Origin: Octopus vulgaris
Lineage: Eukaryota
Direction of reading: 5' to 3'
DNA: 64,000 bases
Assembly: GCA_951406725.2 (NCBI GenBank)
Contig: OX597814.1
Coordinates: forward strand, 205,654,001 to 205,718,000
In this document: positions 13,783-26,584 of the stretch, piece after piece
Numbering within the stretch: position 1 is the stretch's first letter
How the letters are laid out: the number at the start of each line of letters is the position of its first letter
Translations under genes and position numbers: made by a program
The notes under the pieces: generated by a model
What the model saw: the letters and a program-made list of their open reading frames with translations, nothing else
What the model was told of the DNA's origin: nothing
The model's database searches: none

Positions 13783-13948
13783 TACGACAGGCTTCTTTAA
13801 GTTTCCGTCTACCAAATCCACTCACAAGGCTTTGGTCGGCCTGAGGCTATAGTAGAAAACACTTGACCAAGATGCCATGCAGTGGGACTGAACCCGAAAC
13901 CATGTGGTTGGTAAGCTAGCTACTTACCACACAGCCACTCCTGCGCTT
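13490..13948 (-). mobile_element. tRNA-derived SINE with internal (CA)/(TA) tracts
   Basis: Minus-strand tRNA-like head (ggagtggctgtgtggtaag...gggttcagtccc); partial copies at 42300-42490 and 26960-27180. Confidence 0.75.
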
Positions 13949-13949
13949 A

Positions 13950-14520
13950 TTATCTGTTTAAAATTTTTCTTTTTGTTTTTGCTGGTTGGTTCTGAGCTTC
14001 AAACCTTTTACTAAACGGTCCTCAATTGTTGATAATCTTGGTGTTGTATTTTGTTATTATTTTCTGGTAACTGGGCTTGTCTCTCACTTGCAGAAGAGAA
14101 AGGATTTGCTCTTGTAAAGTGGTAGATAAAATTATCAGTTTTAGGTGTTGTTACTTGTGGTATTCCCGAGCGATCACGGCTTAAGTAATTTCCAGGTTTT
14201 TTCAATTCTTTTCAGAATTCTTGAAACAGCTAAAGGAGGTACAGACCAATCAGCTGCTCTCTTTTGTACACATTTCTCCATTTTTTACCAAATTTCAATC
14301 TGAGCTCGTTTCTCTCATAGATTTTCATGATTCTTCCTCGTCTTTCATTTTGGCATCTGATGATCAAATTGGATATGACTGTCAAGAGAAATGTCGATAA
14401 AGGCATGTTTGTTTAGTTTTCTTGTGATAAATATAAATTTTTGGAAAACCCGCTTTAATAAAAATAGTAAATCTACTTAATTAACTTTTCTAGGTGGGAC
14501 TAAAGTTGCTGAGGTGAATT
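13950..14520 (-). mobile_element. Tc1-like transposase 5' remnant
   Basis: Paired-like HTH peptide ...VSRILKR...RSGIPQVTTPKTDNFI...NPFSSASE...STIEDRL..GLK. Confidence 0.7.
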
Positions 14521-14538
14521 TGGATATAAATAAATAAA

Positions 14539-14593
<55 letters not shown>

Positions 14594-14839
14594 GGTTATC
14601 CGCAGGAATGATGTTAATGTATTCTTTACAGATATAGATTTACAATTTTACGCATATATTTATATATTTCACATGCACAGGAAATAGTTTACACCTATTC
14701 AGGCATAGTTCTGACAATACAGTCTGTCTACCACCACTTGGGTTCTGTTTTGATCAGGAAAGCACAGAGGAAGGTTGTTTTGTTGGTTGAGAAATATTAT
14801 TGATGCTTTTAAGAAATTGGCTTACTTTTTGTTTCCCAG

Positions 14840-14883
14840 TATTTGTCGTACGTATATCATTGAAATCGAGAGACTCGGAAAAG
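14840..14883 (+). other. Putative 5'UTR micro-exon C (44 nt) for copy 2
   Basis: tttttgtttcccAG|...cggaaaag|GTGAGA. Confidence 0.6.
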
Positions 14884-14904
14884 GTGAGAGAATTATTATT
14901 TTCT

Positions 14905-16465
14905 TGATTTAGCAACATGTCAGTGTTGCGGGAGTAGATCTATGATACAAGACGTTCTAACCTTGACCACCACCCTCTCTATTCATATGCATTGTCCACC
15001 AATGTATCCCCTTTCTAAGAATTGAAGGAATGAATTGAGAGATATTTGGCTGTTATTTTCAGTATTTTGTTTTCTTTGGAGGAGTTTACTGTGAGACGAG
15101 GTGTCTGAGGATAAACCATGAATCAATCGGGTTTTCTTTTTCTCTCTGGGGTTGGAATCCCTATAAATGCTGTTGCCTTTCCTTTCCTGTTTGTTATTGT
15201 TATTTTTGTTGTTTAACACCTTTTCTTCCATAAGAAGTCTCTGTCTTCTCGTAAAGAAGTTTCTGTGATGTTCATAACTCCTCCCCTGACTACTGTCACT
15301 ACTATTACAACTTCTATGATGATCGTTGCGGTTGTGCCTGCTATTTGCCATAGTCGTAGTAGAGGGACAATGGTCAGTTATTTTAGCTTGTGACGCAGTT
15401 TAGCTGGTAGGCTGTATAGTATTTGTTGTAATGTTATTAACTGCGAAACCACATAGGGGTTCAAAAATCGTCCACGTTTTCGTTTATATTGTTTGAGAGA
15501 AGCTTAATTCCAGATCTTTTCCCAAAATATATCCCTCATTGAAAATTATACTGAAACTGTGTATTTTGAACAATAGTCCTGATTATTCTATAATATTTAT
15601 TTTTTTTACAAAAGAAAGACAAAGAAAAGAGAAAATCGGAATAATGAGAGAAACGTAAAAGAAAAAACGAGAGAAAAAGCATCACTGCAGCACCAATTGA
15701 TTCAGTTGGTCGCATCCGACAAGGCCCAACGGAACAAACTGATGTAAGCCAGAAAGTCGTAACATTATCAGGATCGAAGGCGAGGCTAAGGCATCGGAAA
15801 AGCCAAACGCCATCACAGGCATCACCCTACGCCTCGGTTAAGCGAGCTGCCAACGATGACAAGAACTTCGTTGTTAGCGGTTCACTTCCTTCAAACATCT
15901 CAAACGCCATAAGTTGGAAGAGACAGTTCAATGTCAGTTCCCGATATTTCAAGGTTTTGTTCCGTTCGGCTACAAACTTTCTTCCTACGTCCCACAAATG
16001 TTGCTTGTTGGCGTAATTGTTTCGCAGTAAAATGATTTAGTTGTGGATGCAGATCGTCCATGTATGGTTCCAATCTGATCAAACATCCAACGACGGGGTT
16101 TTGTTTAGCTCTTCTATAACAATTAATAAATCTGTCCTCAATTCATAAATCCAAGAAAAAAAAATGTGTTTTGTGGTTAGGGTTTCTTCTCTAACTACAG
16201 CTAGAAAGAATCTGTTTATCTGTTGAGCTGTTGTTTTTGTTCTGTTCCTTGGTTGTGTTGTTGTTGTTGTTGTTGATGTTGTGTCCAGCCATGTTGTTTG
16301 TAGTAAATCTCTGCATGCTAAATTCAAGTTTCAGTCGGAAACCACCCCGATTAGTTAATCCATCTGAAGATGAACGAGTTATTTGATAAGGCTGGTAGTT
16401 GTAGCTTCAGAGTTGGAGATAGTAATCATCGTATTTTCGATGAATAGTCTGACACATCAAATAGG
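14905..16465 (-). mobile_element. R4/Dong-like LINE 5' fragments in the intron (with other inserted debris)
   Basis: Near-identical to 48045-49470 and homologous to 28480-29680. Confidence 0.6.
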
Positions 16466-16618
16466 TGTATGTATGTATGTATGTATGTATGTATTTAATA
16501 AGAAGGATTTATCTACATTCATTCCAGGAAATGGCATTGTGCCTTATTTATGAGGTTGCTGTGCTCTACTAGAAGTTCCCGAAGTCCATACATACGGTAT
16601 GAGTGTGAGACAGGAATA

Positions 16619-16972
16619 TATCAGCTCATCTAATAAGTTCTGTCCGATTTTATCGTTTTTAAAATTGAATGAAATTTAATATTATTATAGAATGTCTATT
16701 GGAATTTAAAATTATTTTTATGCATTTCTGTACATTTCAACTAATGAAATATTATTTTACAGAATAATAGAATTAAAATTTCTTTCATTAAAACACTTTC
16801 TAACATGGAAGTATCCAAAGAGCATTTAAAGAACATAATTTATGAGTAGAAAAAAGGCAACTCTGCAGCGGAAGCGACTCGAAACATACACTCAGTTTAT
16901 GGGAAAAAATGCTTGAATGAAAGAACTTGCAGAAGATGGTTTGCAAAATTCAGAAGTGGAGATTTTAGCCTA
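16619..16972 (+). mobile_element. mariner 5' remnant (TIR + HTH)
   Basis: TA-TCAGCTCATCTAATAAGTTCTGTCCG TIR-like start; MEVSKEHL...GNSAAEATRNIHSVYG...ERTCRRWFAKFRSGDFSL. Confidence 0.85.
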
Positions 16973-17930
16973 TTGAGGAGGCCAAAAGTCAACAATGTGT
17001 TGAAGTATTGAATCAAAAGGATCTAACTCTTTTAATTCAATCCCTTGTCGCCAAATAAACTCAACGTTTTAGAGGGGAGATGGCCTAATTTTTGAATGGC
17101 AATTTTTTACTGGGGCTGAGGCAACTGAAAAGTGCCAAAGAATCGTTGAAAACAGGGCAAATTGGAAAAACGTGCTTGCAGGGAGCAGTCACTTACCGTG
17201 CTTCATTATTAGCAACGCCACTGGAAGAATGCAAGAGAGACAAAGATTTACATCAGTAAAATGTTTTCAGTAGGAATTTTGCCATTTAATGAGTTTGCTT
17301 CGCTAGAGTTGATCAGAGCGGCTGTAAGAAAGATAACTTTGTTTTTATGTTAAAAGTTTTATGAATAACCCAGAACACTGAACGGAGGAGTAGAATATTA
17401 GACAATAGTGACACTGGGGGACTTTATAAATTCAGTATCTTTTTTTATATTTGCCATTTAAACGCTGGTTATTGCAGATAAAAAAATCATCTGTTCCATT
17501 CTGGTGTTGAGGAGTTTCACAAACTCGTACAATCAGATGTTAATCGACTGTTAATAAAGAGAACTGTTTTTTACGTCATCTATATTGAAACCTCCGTATT
17601 TTCAGTTCAAATATAACTTGATTCAGTTATGATGCTAATTTTAATACCTTGAACTAGGTAGCATCGAATGCAATAGAACATCTCCTGCAACCGTTGAATA
17701 GAACATCTCCTGCAACCGTTGAATAGAAAATATTGACCTTGAAACGGGGATATGTTTAACCATAAAAGAGGTACTCGGCAACAGAAAAATGCATTGATTT
17801 CTCAGATACATTGACCACAACACTTATGATTATTTCGTAACATTGCAAATGTCTATGAAATAAAGAAACAGAGTTGAATCTTCATTACTTAATATGCTTT
17901 GTTTTTTCATATTTTTACAGATAACCAAAT

Positions 17931-20149
17931 ATGGCTGCCGTGCAGACGACAACAACAGCGACCAGTTCTCTTATTCTTTCAATCATTCTTATTATCACAC
18001 TGACATCACTAAACATCGATGCGAAGGAATTCGGCAATGATTGTGAAGTTAAAATCCCACCCAATATCGGTGAGATTTTATCTCGTTTAGTAAAATTAGA
18101 AAAAGAGGTTTTCAAATTTGAAGTCCATTTATCAAACAAGACACTTGATGACCTTAACCCTGTGCCATTGGATTATTTTGCAAATGCGAGGAATTTTACG
18201 TGGATTCCAGATAAATCAGGTGCTTTAACTCTATATAGAACTTTCTCCTATGATTTTTCAATGAATTCTTTTAATATGTTGGACGGCAACATTGCGAAAC
18301 AAAGGATTGATATCAATATCACTTGTGGAAAACAAAATATTCAGAGACACGATTTAATATATTTGATATTCGACGCATTGAAAAGAATCATATTTATGGA
18401 CAAATTGCAAATGGCAGAATCTGGATACATGTGTTTTTTTATAAATTTGTCTCAAGACATGAAGAAGAACAGCCCTGGCACATTTGAAACTTACAGAAGA
18501 ATTGGTATAAATCGAGAATTTATAAAGAACTCTTGCTGTAAACTCTATAAAAATGAAAGTCATGTTTATCACACCAAATCTATTTGTTCAGGAAAAATCA
18601 TTGAGAATTCTATATTTTACAATTATGCAAATACTTTCGGAGCTGTTTTGTGGGCTATATTACCATTACTCATTAGTTTCGTATCAAAAGCGAAAGTACC
18701 TTCACATTCCCGTCAACTCAATCTGCCACTGTTTGCTCACGATGAATTCTTATTTACAATTAAAAACACATTGCCACACGAATCCGAGTGGATCAATGGA
18801 AAACATAATATTTACACATTCTCTCATCTTCTGTCTTGGGTATTTTGTTTCCACAATTCCTCTTTTTTTGCATCAAGACTAAGAAGATTCCTTTGTATTC
18901 TATTTTCTCTTTCAGTACTCTTTCTGGATCTTTTGATGCATTACTTCTTTTTATATGAAACAATAGAAATTCTTTACCAAGATGGTATACCATTGGGTTA
19001 TCGCGCCCTAATATTAGGAATAACAGAAAGTTATGACAATACAGATGGCTTCCTTGGGGGTCCGTTTGTATGGTTCACCAGCTATATATTTTTCAGCTTT
19101 ATTCTCTTCGTTCTTCCCAGTCGAACAAGTGAGACTGCTGCTTATAATACATTACATCAAAGATCCACTTTCACGTTTCTCATTCAAAATAAGAGATTAT
19201 TAGAGAAGTATGGCAGTTTTAATGTTTCTACACTACAGGATTATGATCTACTCTATGCATAATGGAAGCTAATATTTCTACTGTTTTAAACCCAAATTTC
19301 TGGTATTTAATAATTTATACTTGGATTAACCGTATAAAGAAAATTTGGTTATGTTACTACAGGAGAAATATTTTCTGGCGATTCATTACACTTTGGCTCT
19401 GTGTTTCCATTACAATTTTATTTGCTGTATTTTCTGTCTGCGAATTATTTCTGTGCCTCGTTTATTATGGAATCCCAATTGTTTATCTGATTTTAACTTT
19501 ACCATTAAGTTATTTCAGAGTTTATATTTACTCCCTGTATTTGAATCCTAACTATATTTTCAAGATTATTGCTTTCATTTTAACATTCATTTCGTTTCTA
19601 TGTTTTATAATATGGGGAATTTATTCAATCTATATATTTCTTACAAGTTTTGAAACCATCTGCACGTATATATTTTCATCAGCTATTGCAGTACTTGCTA
19701 AGCCTGGTACTGTTGGTGATATATGGTTTGTTTCCATGTTTCTTCTCTATGGTATTGAAATTATAAAAGCTATTCAGAAACGGTATGAGTTTATTCTACT
19801 CGAAGCCATAAAGCTCACCAAACTTCTTCGTCCAAATTTAGTTCAGTCAAAATATGGGGAAGAATTCATAAACGCCAAGTTGTTCAAGACAATTGTTAAC
19901 CATAATTTTCCATTGTGAAACGAGATTGGTAAATCCATTGTAAAATTGTTTCTAATCATATATTTTTTCTTTGTTTGCAAAAATATATTAAATCAAAGTG
20001 AATTCGACTTTTCAACATTCACAAAGATTATTTTGATACTGGTGACGTCTGGCATGCCTAAGTTATTGTCTACAATAAATACGAATCTTAGGTTAACAAT
20101 AACCATATTAGATAAAATTATTCAAACAATAAACGTATATGAAGAATAA
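17931..20149 (+). pseudogene. Array copy 2, disrupted
   Basis: Full-length paralogue with a 1-bp deletion near 19260 (gcaataatg to gcataatg) and AGA to TGA at 19916-19918. Confidence 0.85.
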
Positions 20150-20287
20150 AATATATTAGTTTATCAAGTTATTTGATATTCTCGATGAAATCAAAACATG
20201 TTCCAGGTTTTTATGGATTCTTAACTACATTGTATAACATCATCATCATCATTGTCGTCGTCGTTGTCATCATCATCATCGTCGTCG

Positions 20288-20323
<36 letters not shown>

Positions 20324-20339
20324 ACAACAACAACAATAG

Positions 20340-20596
20340 TTGTGGTTAATGAAAAGATTAGGCATGATACTCTCCGTAATTGTTGCCCTTGAAAGCATCA
20401 GCACTCAACTACCAAAAGATTGGTGCTGCAAGTGTGAAGGTAGAACACCTACAAAAGTCAATATTGATTGGAACTGCAAGAATCCTTCGCAGGGTTCTTG
20501 AAGCATGACCAGTAAAAACGTGTCGTCTTAGTCTGCTTGCTTTGGACAGCCGATACTTTCCATCATACCCAGCAAAATATGCTGTGAGTTTTCATA
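20340..20596 (+). mobile_element. R4/Dong LINE 3' end running into (AAT)n
   Basis: ...KVEHLQKSILIGTARILRRVLEA* then a short 3'UTR. Confidence 0.7.
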
Positions 20597-20623
20597 TAAT
20601 AATAATAATGATAATAAATTATA

Positions 20624-20721
<98 letters not shown>

Positions 20722-20776
20722 AATGATAATAATAACGATAATAATGATAATAATGATAACAATGATGATGATGTTG

Positions 20777-20862
<86 letters not shown>

Positions 20863-20951
20863 ACTACTACTACTAACAATAATAGTAATAATAATAATAA
20901 TTATAACAATGATGATGATGATGATGATGATAATACTACTACTACTACAAC

Positions 20952-20983
<32 letters not shown>
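20597..20983. repeat. Compound (AAT)/(GAT)/(ACT)n microsatellite
   Basis: Directly visible. Confidence 0.95.
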
Positions 20984-20984
<1 letters not shown>

Positions 20985-21510
20985 CAAAAGCTGAACTCGA
21001 CCCCAACATTCCCATCGAAGACATTGTCACCCTGGCACTTCCGATAATCCAATACAGTTTTAACATCATTAACTGGAATCTTAGCGGGTTCCAACGCCTG
21101 GATAGAAAAACAAGAAAACTACTAACTTCTTAAGAACATGCACCACCCAAAAGCAGACGTTGATTGTCTGCTTTACCTACATAGAAGTAATGGGGGGAAG
21201 AGGATTGATGCAGGTAGATCTGTGCTGTAAGACACCTCCTCAATAGCAATGAACAAATAGTTATCTCGTACAGAGGACTGGATGCTGTGGTTTGTGTGCA
21301 AAGACGAAAGCAGCAAAAATCACATTCCATTGCGAAGGAAGCTTGTAAATTCGCAAGGGAACTCGACATTAACCCTGAATTAAATGAAGACCTGGAAACC
21401 ACTGCCACCAAACAAAACGGATCAAAGAAACAGCAAAAAAGAACGGGCAGAAACAAATTGAAGAGAGGTGGTGCCAGAAGCCTCTGCATGGACAATATAA
21501 ATTGGATTGA
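20984..21510 (+). mobile_element. R4/Dong LINE internal fragment
   Basis: TLALPIIQYSFNIINW...LDRKTRKLLT...HHPKADVD. Confidence 0.75.
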
Positions 21511-22221
21511 ACGTGTGACACATCCATTTCCAAGTAAGTTTATCTTCACCTTTTTCATGCCATTCTCTATTCTATACTGTTTTCTTCCTCCATCCTTCTC
21601 TAATTCCCCTTTTCTCCCCTCCCCGTTTTCTATCTCTCTCTCTCTCTCCCCTTCTTCCTCTTTTTATTCTCTCTCTCTCTCTCTCTCTCGTTGCTTACAC
21701 GTGATTATCACCCATGTTTCTTTTCTTGCACAGACGTTTAAACGAACGGACGTGATTTTTTCTCTCTCATCTATCTTTTCTCTTTTCAAAAGTGTTTGTC
21801 CCAGCGTTCACTATTTTCCTCCCGTTCCGGTCTAACGACTCTCCATGCTTGTTTTCGTTCGGTTTCCTTGTATGTCTCCACTGTCATTTTATTGTTCCCA
21901 ACTTTGACCTTCAATAAATCCTAAATTTTATTTTAGAATTTATGGGAGCAGCTGTCTTTGAAGACTCCTAGTGTCTTTGAATACTCCAAATGAGGAGTAG
22001 ATAGACAGCCAACCGATGAAGGGTCCTTTCTCTCTGTTAACGTATCCTGTTTTCAATTATTTCCTCGTTGTTTACACATTTCACTCGTCTTTCCCGAATT
22101 TGTTTGCGTATTTCATGTTATTTGCATCGTTGGTGACGTCCTGTACCCATATATGCATATAAATATATATCTATATGCATGTAAATATATATCTATATAT
22201 TATTTATTTTATATATATATA

Positions 22222-22723
22222 TAAAACTGTAGTTGTGTGAGTGTCTGTCCCCTTCGATTTAGATTCCGAACTACTCCCACATTTTGCGGTGCAGTTTAAC
22301 CAAATTCGGGTATCTTATAGTCGTATTTCATATCGAGCCCGTCTGCCTATTAGCGCGCGTCTACGATGAGTCTACGATTTTAAAAATAATTTAACATCAT
22401 TTTTTATTCCATTTTAATGCATAATTTTTCGTGTGTCGATGGCGGCGGAGTTGGCGTCCATGGTCACACCTGCACCTGTTTGCTTCTCCCCCTTCTTCCC
22501 TCCCTCGTGAAGCTGTGGGGAAGGGAGTGTAAGGAAATCAACGTCGTAAAGCGTTGTCAAGGAGACCAGCGTCTTTTAGAACAACGACTTCATGGCTTGA
22601 AGACACCAAAACAGAAATGGCTAAGAAAGCCCGAATTGGCATCTATAAGGGAAGTAACTCTCTAAAAATGCTTATATAGTTATTTCCCTTACAAACCCGA
22701 GCAACGCCGGGCGATACTGCTAG
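22222..22723 (+). mobile_element. Non-autonomous Helitron in (TA)n
   Basis: Starts tatataaaac; ends cccgagcaacgccggg hairpin + CTAG-T. Confidence 0.75.
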
Positions 22724-22734
22724 TATATATATAA

Positions 22735-23028
22735 AATATTAGAAAAAACCCCACCTTTTATCAATTCAGAATGAATAATTAAATTTACACCATCTAGAAA
22801 ATTACATATAATAGAAAAGTTAAAATTAAAATAACAATTAAAAAGAAAAGATGAAGTAAATTACAAGAATAGAAAATAGGTAGAAAAACGAGACGTCTTT
22901 CGCTGCTATATTTAAGAAATGATTATAGTAGTAGAGAAATCACTTATATATAAATATAGTCGCTCATCAGGTAAAGAATATAATTAAACAGTAAAATAAT
23001 TAATTAATAGATATACTTTAATAAATAC

Positions 23029-23090
<62 letters not shown>

Positions 23091-23760
23091 ATGTATGTAT
23101 ATGAACATTCTAGATATACATAATTGAAAAATAAAATAATAATTCAATAATTATATAGTTTAAAATTAAATAAAAAACACAAAGCTATTACAAATCATTA
23201 AATTGTAATTAAAATAATAAATGTTTCAAATATAGACAAACTCCTTACATAAGCTAACCATATTTATGGATCTTAAATTTGAGATGTTAAAGGAAAGAAG
23301 TTCAAAGATGGAATGAATACGTGGAGAGCCAAGTGTTTTAGAGGGAGAAATTGGGGGAGGTATTCAGAATCGTGAGAGGAGAAAATAAATTTCAAGAGTT
23401 AGGGGTTAATAAAGAGACTAGTAGGGAGTAATAGTAGCAGAGGTGGAAGAGAGGAGGGTTGTGTTGGTGGTAATTGTTGGGATAGTGAGAAAGGAGAATG
23501 GCCATTATTTGGGAGGAGTAAGTTGACTGGTCCAGTGGCTGACGGAGATTACTAAATAGAGAAGTATGAGAGAAGATAGAGGGAGGTGGATGAGAGTGAT
23601 GGTGGGAGTTGATAGTCTATACTCTCCATATTGTCCTATCCAATGCATTCCGTATTGTTCTAGGCTAATGATACATGAAGCCTCATAGTAAAAAGACGTC
23701 TCTCTCTCTCTCTCTTCCAGATCAGTGGCTATCATTGCAATATTAAGATGTTCAGGTCTG
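22735..23760 (-). mobile_element. Penelope-like 3' remnant (GIY-YIG-like tail + pLTR)
   Basis: Peptide ...TSFYYEASCIISL...; 23275-23755 repeated at 41620-42108; hammerhead motif in the distal part. Confidence 0.55.
22888..22972 (-). ncRNA. Type I hammerhead ribozyme-like motif (weak stem I)
   Basis: Minus strand: ac-CTGATGA-gcgactata...tatagcagc-GAAA-GACGTC-TC-gt; palindromic stem III. Confidence 0.55.
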
Positions 23761-23761
23761 C

Positions 23762-24160
23762 AAGGAGGTGAGCTGGCACAGACGTTAGCACGACCGGCGA
23801 AATGCTTAGCGGTATTTCGTGTGTCTTGACGTTCTGAGTTCAAATTCCGCCGAGGTCGACTTTGCCTTTCATCCTTTCGGGGTCGATTAAATAAGTACCA
23901 GTTACGCACTGGGGTCAATGTAATCGACTTAATCCGTCTGTCTGTCCTTGTTTGTCCTCTCTGTGTTTAGCCCCTTGTGGGTAGTAAAGAAATACGTATT
24001 TCGTGTGTCTTGACGTTCTGAGTTCAAATTCCGCCGCGGTCAACTTTGCCTTTCACCCTTTCGGGGTCGATAAATAAAGTACCAGTTGCGTATTGGAGTC
24101 GATATAATGGACTGGCCCTTCCCTAAGAATTTCGGGCCTTGTACCTAGAGTAGAGAAGGA
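23762..24160 (+). mobile_element. tRNA-derived SINE (Meta-domain-like core, internally duplicated)
   Basis: A/B-box-like head (gagttcaaattcc) and gcctttcatcctttcggggtcgattaaataagtacc core present twice. Confidence 0.8.
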
Positions 24161-24179
24161 TACTTCTTTGCAGGTTATG

Positions 24180-24450
24180 TTCTTCGTGTAAGTTATCGCT
24201 CATCTCTTCCTTTCTTTGTCAGTGTTGATAGCTTTAAGTCACGCATCGGATAGTTTGCAAGCCCTTGAGAATGCAACATGTTGCTGACCATGACCGAATA
24301 CAGGTTCAGGCAAGAACAGCCCCCACTCGATCAAATGTCTGCCCTTGTGATTTGTGGATAGCCACTGCATAAGACAGGCCAAGGGGAAACTGGTTTCTTT
24401 CGGAAGTGAATGGCAAGTTTGGGATGTGTTAAGTAATAGGTGATAATAAA
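24180..24450 (-). mobile_element. Helitron/PIF1 helicase C-terminal fragment
   Basis: LPFT..RNQFPLGLSYAVAIHKSQGQTFDRVG/LFLPEPVFGHGQQHVAFSR (helicase motifs V-VI, frameshifted). Confidence 0.8.
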
Positions 24451-25591
24451 AGATTTAGTTCAATTCATGTACTCACCATCGCCACCCCCACCACCAGCTC
24501 TAGCACCAACAACAGTAACAGCACCTCTCTGTCTCTCTCCTCCTCTCTCTCTCGCTGTGCCTTTCTTTAACATCACCCCTCTGCTAAAATTATATTTCTA
24601 ACTCTCCTCTATATCACTACCTTCAACTAACTTTTTAACCACGTAATAAACATTACGTTCCCCCTACTATAATGTCATGGAAGCTTCTTTCTTCGTCTGT
24701 TCTCTCTTCATTTTTTCTTTCTCTCTCGTTCTACCTCACTGTTCGCCTTATCTTCTCTTTCTCTCTCCCTCTTTTTTTCTCTGATCACGTGAAAACGTTA
24801 CCGACGGGCTAAGTAACGTAACGACAAGTAGGAATGATGATTAATCTATAACTACAATGTCCATATAGAGAATAAGGTAGACCGAGTTTAATTTTAACAA
24901 AACCAAGGCAACAGACATTTATCATCAATCCAAAATCTCTTCGAATACCGCATCATCTTTCTTTCGTAACTCACAGCCTTCCATCATTGACATCCAGGAA
25001 CATTCACAGAAGTTGCACAAATCTACCGCCGCATATCATTCACTTTCAGTTGATGTAAGTTGATTCCTTCATGTGAATTTCAGGGTTCAAACGAATACAA
25101 TTGCTATTCTGGAAAAAGAAACCGACAAAATAAACAACTATGCAAAAAATTTGATAGTCGTGGGCAGTTATAGTATTCAAGGGGAATAACTCGTTGACAG
25201 TATGTCCCAGTTTTTCCCCCTGAATTGCTATTCCTTCGACGACGAATTGTCAATGATACGGAGGTTTCGGATAACTAAAGTAAGATAAACAAATAGTATT
25301 AATGATTTCTAATTTAGGAATAAGGCCAGCAATTTTGAAGTGAGGCGGTGAGATGATTCCATCGACCTTAGTACGACACGGTATTCCCAAAAGAGGAAAA
25401 GCATAGTTGGTCTCCGTTGGATTTCAACTCGAAATGTAAATAGCTGCGAGAAATGTCGCAAGGCCATTCATGAAGAGGCTTTTACGATTCTGCTAATACT
25501 GGGAGTTAGGAAGAAGCAATGGCTGAAATAATGTAAGGGAATCATAGAGGGAGGAAAAGCTGGAAGGTGTGAAGCAGTATGAGGTGGCTGT

Positions 25592-26010
25592 GCATGCATG
25601 CATGCATGCATACATACATACATACATACATACATACATACATACATACATACATACACACACACACATACATACATACATACATACATACATACATACA
25701 TACACACACACATACATACATACATACACACATACATACATACACACACACATACACACATACATACATACATACATACACACATCCATCCATCCATCCA
25801 TCCATCCATCCATCCATCCATACATACATACACACATACATACATACATACATACACACATACATACATACACACATACATACATACATACACACATACA
25901 TACATACACACATCCATCCATCCATCCATCCATCCATACATACATACACACATACATACATACACACATACATACATACATACGTACATACATACATACA
26001 TACATACATA
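25592..26010. repeat. Compound (CATA)/(CATC)/(CA)n microsatellite
   Basis: Directly visible. Confidence 0.95.
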
Positions 26011-26139
26011 ACAGCCGCAACAACATGAACAACAGCCAAAACAACCAGCGCCGCCACCATTACGATGGTAGCATGAACGAACAGAGAAACCGGAAAAGGT
26101 ACAAAAACCGGGGCCTCTGCTCCATCGCCTCAATACTCA

Positions 26140-26430
26140 AGATATCAGCTTCTCTCGAGACCTGGGTGTCTGCAGTCTTTAAGGTCCAGCCAACACATCT
26201 CATGTGGAAGCGTCCAAGGACTTTTATATGATGTTTGTAAAGGGTCCATGTCTCACATGAGTAAAGGAGCGATGTCAGTACACATGCACGGTACACAGCA
26301 ATTTTTGTTTCCCTTGTGATGCCATGCTGGGACCAGACACGAGGCTGAAGGGACCGGAAGGAATCAGTTGCTCTCTGCAGCCTGAAAGGTATTTCTTCAT
26401 CCACGGAACAAGAACGGCTGAGTGTGCTGC
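26140..26430 (-). mobile_element. RTE-clade LINE fragment
   Basis: TKIAVYRACVLTSLLYSCETWTLY...RFHMRC. Confidence 0.85.
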
Positions 26431-26504
26431 TATATATGTATATATATGTACGTATATATCTATTGATCTTACATGGACCGACGTGTGTAAACTGATACAT
26501 ATAC

Positions 26505-26584
<80 letters not shown>

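Noticed and set aside
14246-14256. CCAAT+CAGCTG 'promoter' motif repeated at 27891 and 47450
   Set aside because: It lies inside a minus-strand Tc1 transposase remnant co-duplicated with the units; conservation is explained by duplication, although exaptation is not excluded.
16973-17580. Possible hAT dimerisation-domain relic (LPCFIISNATG), duplicated at 33271-33880
   Set aside because: Similarity too weak to call by eye.
23762-23850. tRNA gene
   Set aside because: tRNA-derived SINE head; no complete cloverleaf.
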